Shown here piece after piece: positions 62,864-64,000 of a stretch of 64,000 nucleotides of DNA; position 1 is the first letter of the stretch; every line of letters starts with the position of its first letter. This DNA comes from an uncultured Thermoleophilaceae bacterium (GTDB taxonomy: Bacteria > Actinomycetota > Thermoleophilia > Solirubrobacterales > Thermoleophilaceae), in the NCBI GenBank assembly GCA_963827065.1, contig CAWGZM010000007.1, positions 182,066-246,065 on the forward strand, given 5' to 3'. The translations under genes and the position numbers were made by a program. Below the pieces are notes generated by a model, which was not told where the DNA came from, did no database searches, and saw only the letters and a program-made list of their open reading frames with translations.

Positions 62864-64000
62864 ATGTCTTCCCAGCACTCAAGTGACAAGGGGGCCGCCG
62901 CGGTCGTCTCACCCCCCGCCGCGGCCGGCCCGCAGCCAGGCCAGCAGTGGGACGCGCGTCTCTGGGGCGCGCTCATCGTGCTCTGCGGCGTGCTCTTCCT
63001 CGACGGCCTCGACGTGTCGATGGTCGGCGTGGCGCTCCCCTCGATCGGCGCTGATCTCGACCTCTCGACGTCGTCACTGCAGTGGGTCGTCTCCGGCTAC
63101 GTGCTCGGCTACGGCGGGCTGCTGCTGCTCGGCGGCCGCTTCGCCGACCTGCTCGGGCGCCGGCGCGTGCTGCTCGCCGCGCTGGCCGTGTTCACGGCCG
63201 CGTCGATCGTCGGCGGTCTCGTGAACGACGGCACGCTGCTCGTCATCACCCGCTTCCTCAAGGGCGCGGCGGCCGCCTTCACGGCGCCGGCCAGCCTCTC
63301 GATAATCACCACGACCTTCGCTGAGGGGCCGGCCCGCAACCGGGCCCTCGCGATCTACACCGCCTGCGGCGCCAGCGGCTTCTCGCTCGGCCTCGTCTTC
63401 GGCGGGCTCCTGACCGAGCTCGGCTGGCGCTGGACGTTCCTGCTGCCCGTCCCGATCGCGATCGCGCTGCTGATCGCGGCACCGCGCGTCCTCGCCAAGG
63501 ACGAGCCGGCGGAGGGCCCTCGGCGCGGCTTCGACTTCGCCGGCGCGGCGACGATCACGGCAGCGATGCTGCTCTTGGTCCGCACCGTCGTCGAGGCTCC
63601 GGAGGCCGGCTGGAGCTCGCCCGAAACGCTGGGCGGGCTGGTCCTGGCGGCACTGCTGCTCGCGGCGTTCGTCGCGATCGAGCAGCGCTCGGCCCACCCG
63701 CTCGTGCGCCTCGGCATCCTGCGCTCGGGCACGCTCGTCCGAGCCAACCTCGGGATGGCGGCGGTGTTCGGCGCCTACGTCGCCTTCCAGTTCGTGGGCA
63801 CGCTCTACCTGCAGCAGATGCTCGGCTGGTCGCCTGTCGAGACGGCACTCGCGTTCCTCCCCGGCGGCCTGCTGGTCGCGTTCGGAGCGCCGCGCATAGG
63901 CCCGCTCGTCGATCGCTACGGCACCGCCAGGATCATTCTCGTGGGCGCGATCTCGTTCGTGATCGGCTACGCGCTGTTCCTGCGAATCGGCGAGACGCTG
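62864..64000 (+). CDS. MFS transporter, DHA2 (EmrB/QacA-like) drug:H+ antiporter family. The 3' end lies beyond the window.
   Basis: The frame is open from ATG 62864 to the window end. LDGLDVSMVGVALPSIGADL..S....QWVVSGYVLGYGGLLLLGGRFADLLGRRRV (motif A), and further TM helices. Confidence 0.85.
   Translation, partial: MSSQHSSDKGAAAVVSPPAAAGPQPGQQWDARLWGALIVLCGVLFLDGLDVSMVGVALPSIGADLDLSTSSLQWVVSGYVLGYGGLLLLGGRFADLLGRRRVLLAALAVFTAASIVGGLVNDGTLLVITRFLKGAAAAFTAPASLSIITTTFAEGPARNRALAIYTACGASGFSLGLVFGGLLTELGWRWTFLLPVPIAIALLIAAPRVLAKDEPAEGPRRGFDFAGAATITAAMLLLVRTVVEAPEAGWSSPETLGGLVLAALLLAAFVAIEQRSAHPLVRLGILRSGTLVRANLGMAAVFGAYVAFQFVGTLYLQQMLGWSPVETALAFLPGGLLVAFGAPRIGPLVDRYGTARIILVGAISFVIGYALFLRIGETL

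Overview
This is a very GC-rich, gene-dense bacterial chromosome segment. Gene order and protein features look Actinomycetota-like (Thermoleophilia or Rubrobacteria type), but that is inference only. Almost all of it is conserved housekeeping core. The main blocks are murT/gatD, hflX, miaA and miaB; four lysine/DAP genes (dapL, dapF, dapA, dapB); rny-recX-recA; cinA, ftsK and RNase J; and a long minus-strand block rimP-nusA-ylxR-infB-DUF503-rbfA-nrnA-truB-ribF ... rpsO ... pnp. At least 14 gene junctions are 4-nt NTGA start/stop overlaps. I found no rRNA, tRNA, CRISPR array, transposase or integrase. The most unusual locus is 17.5-22.7 kb. It holds an orphan lipoprotein binding protein, then a GAF/catalytically dead GGDEF protein that keeps its RxxD I-site. 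That gene is translationally coupled to a 1,073-aa protein with a T2SSE_N/MshEN (c-di-GMP-binding type) head on about 880 aa of coiled coil, including an array of about 20 18-residue repeats. Other points worth a second look: a frameshifted thpR/ligT; a ylxR whose conserved CxxC N-terminus has no canonical start codon; a methyltransferase wedged into murT-gatD; a two-component operon with a coupled membrane-anchored pentapeptide-repeat protein; three redox genes inserted between rpsO and pnp; low-complexity tails on NusA and PNPase; and a Cu-only SodC-like exported protein. All functional calls come from reading the translated ORFs against remembered family motifs. No database search was run.
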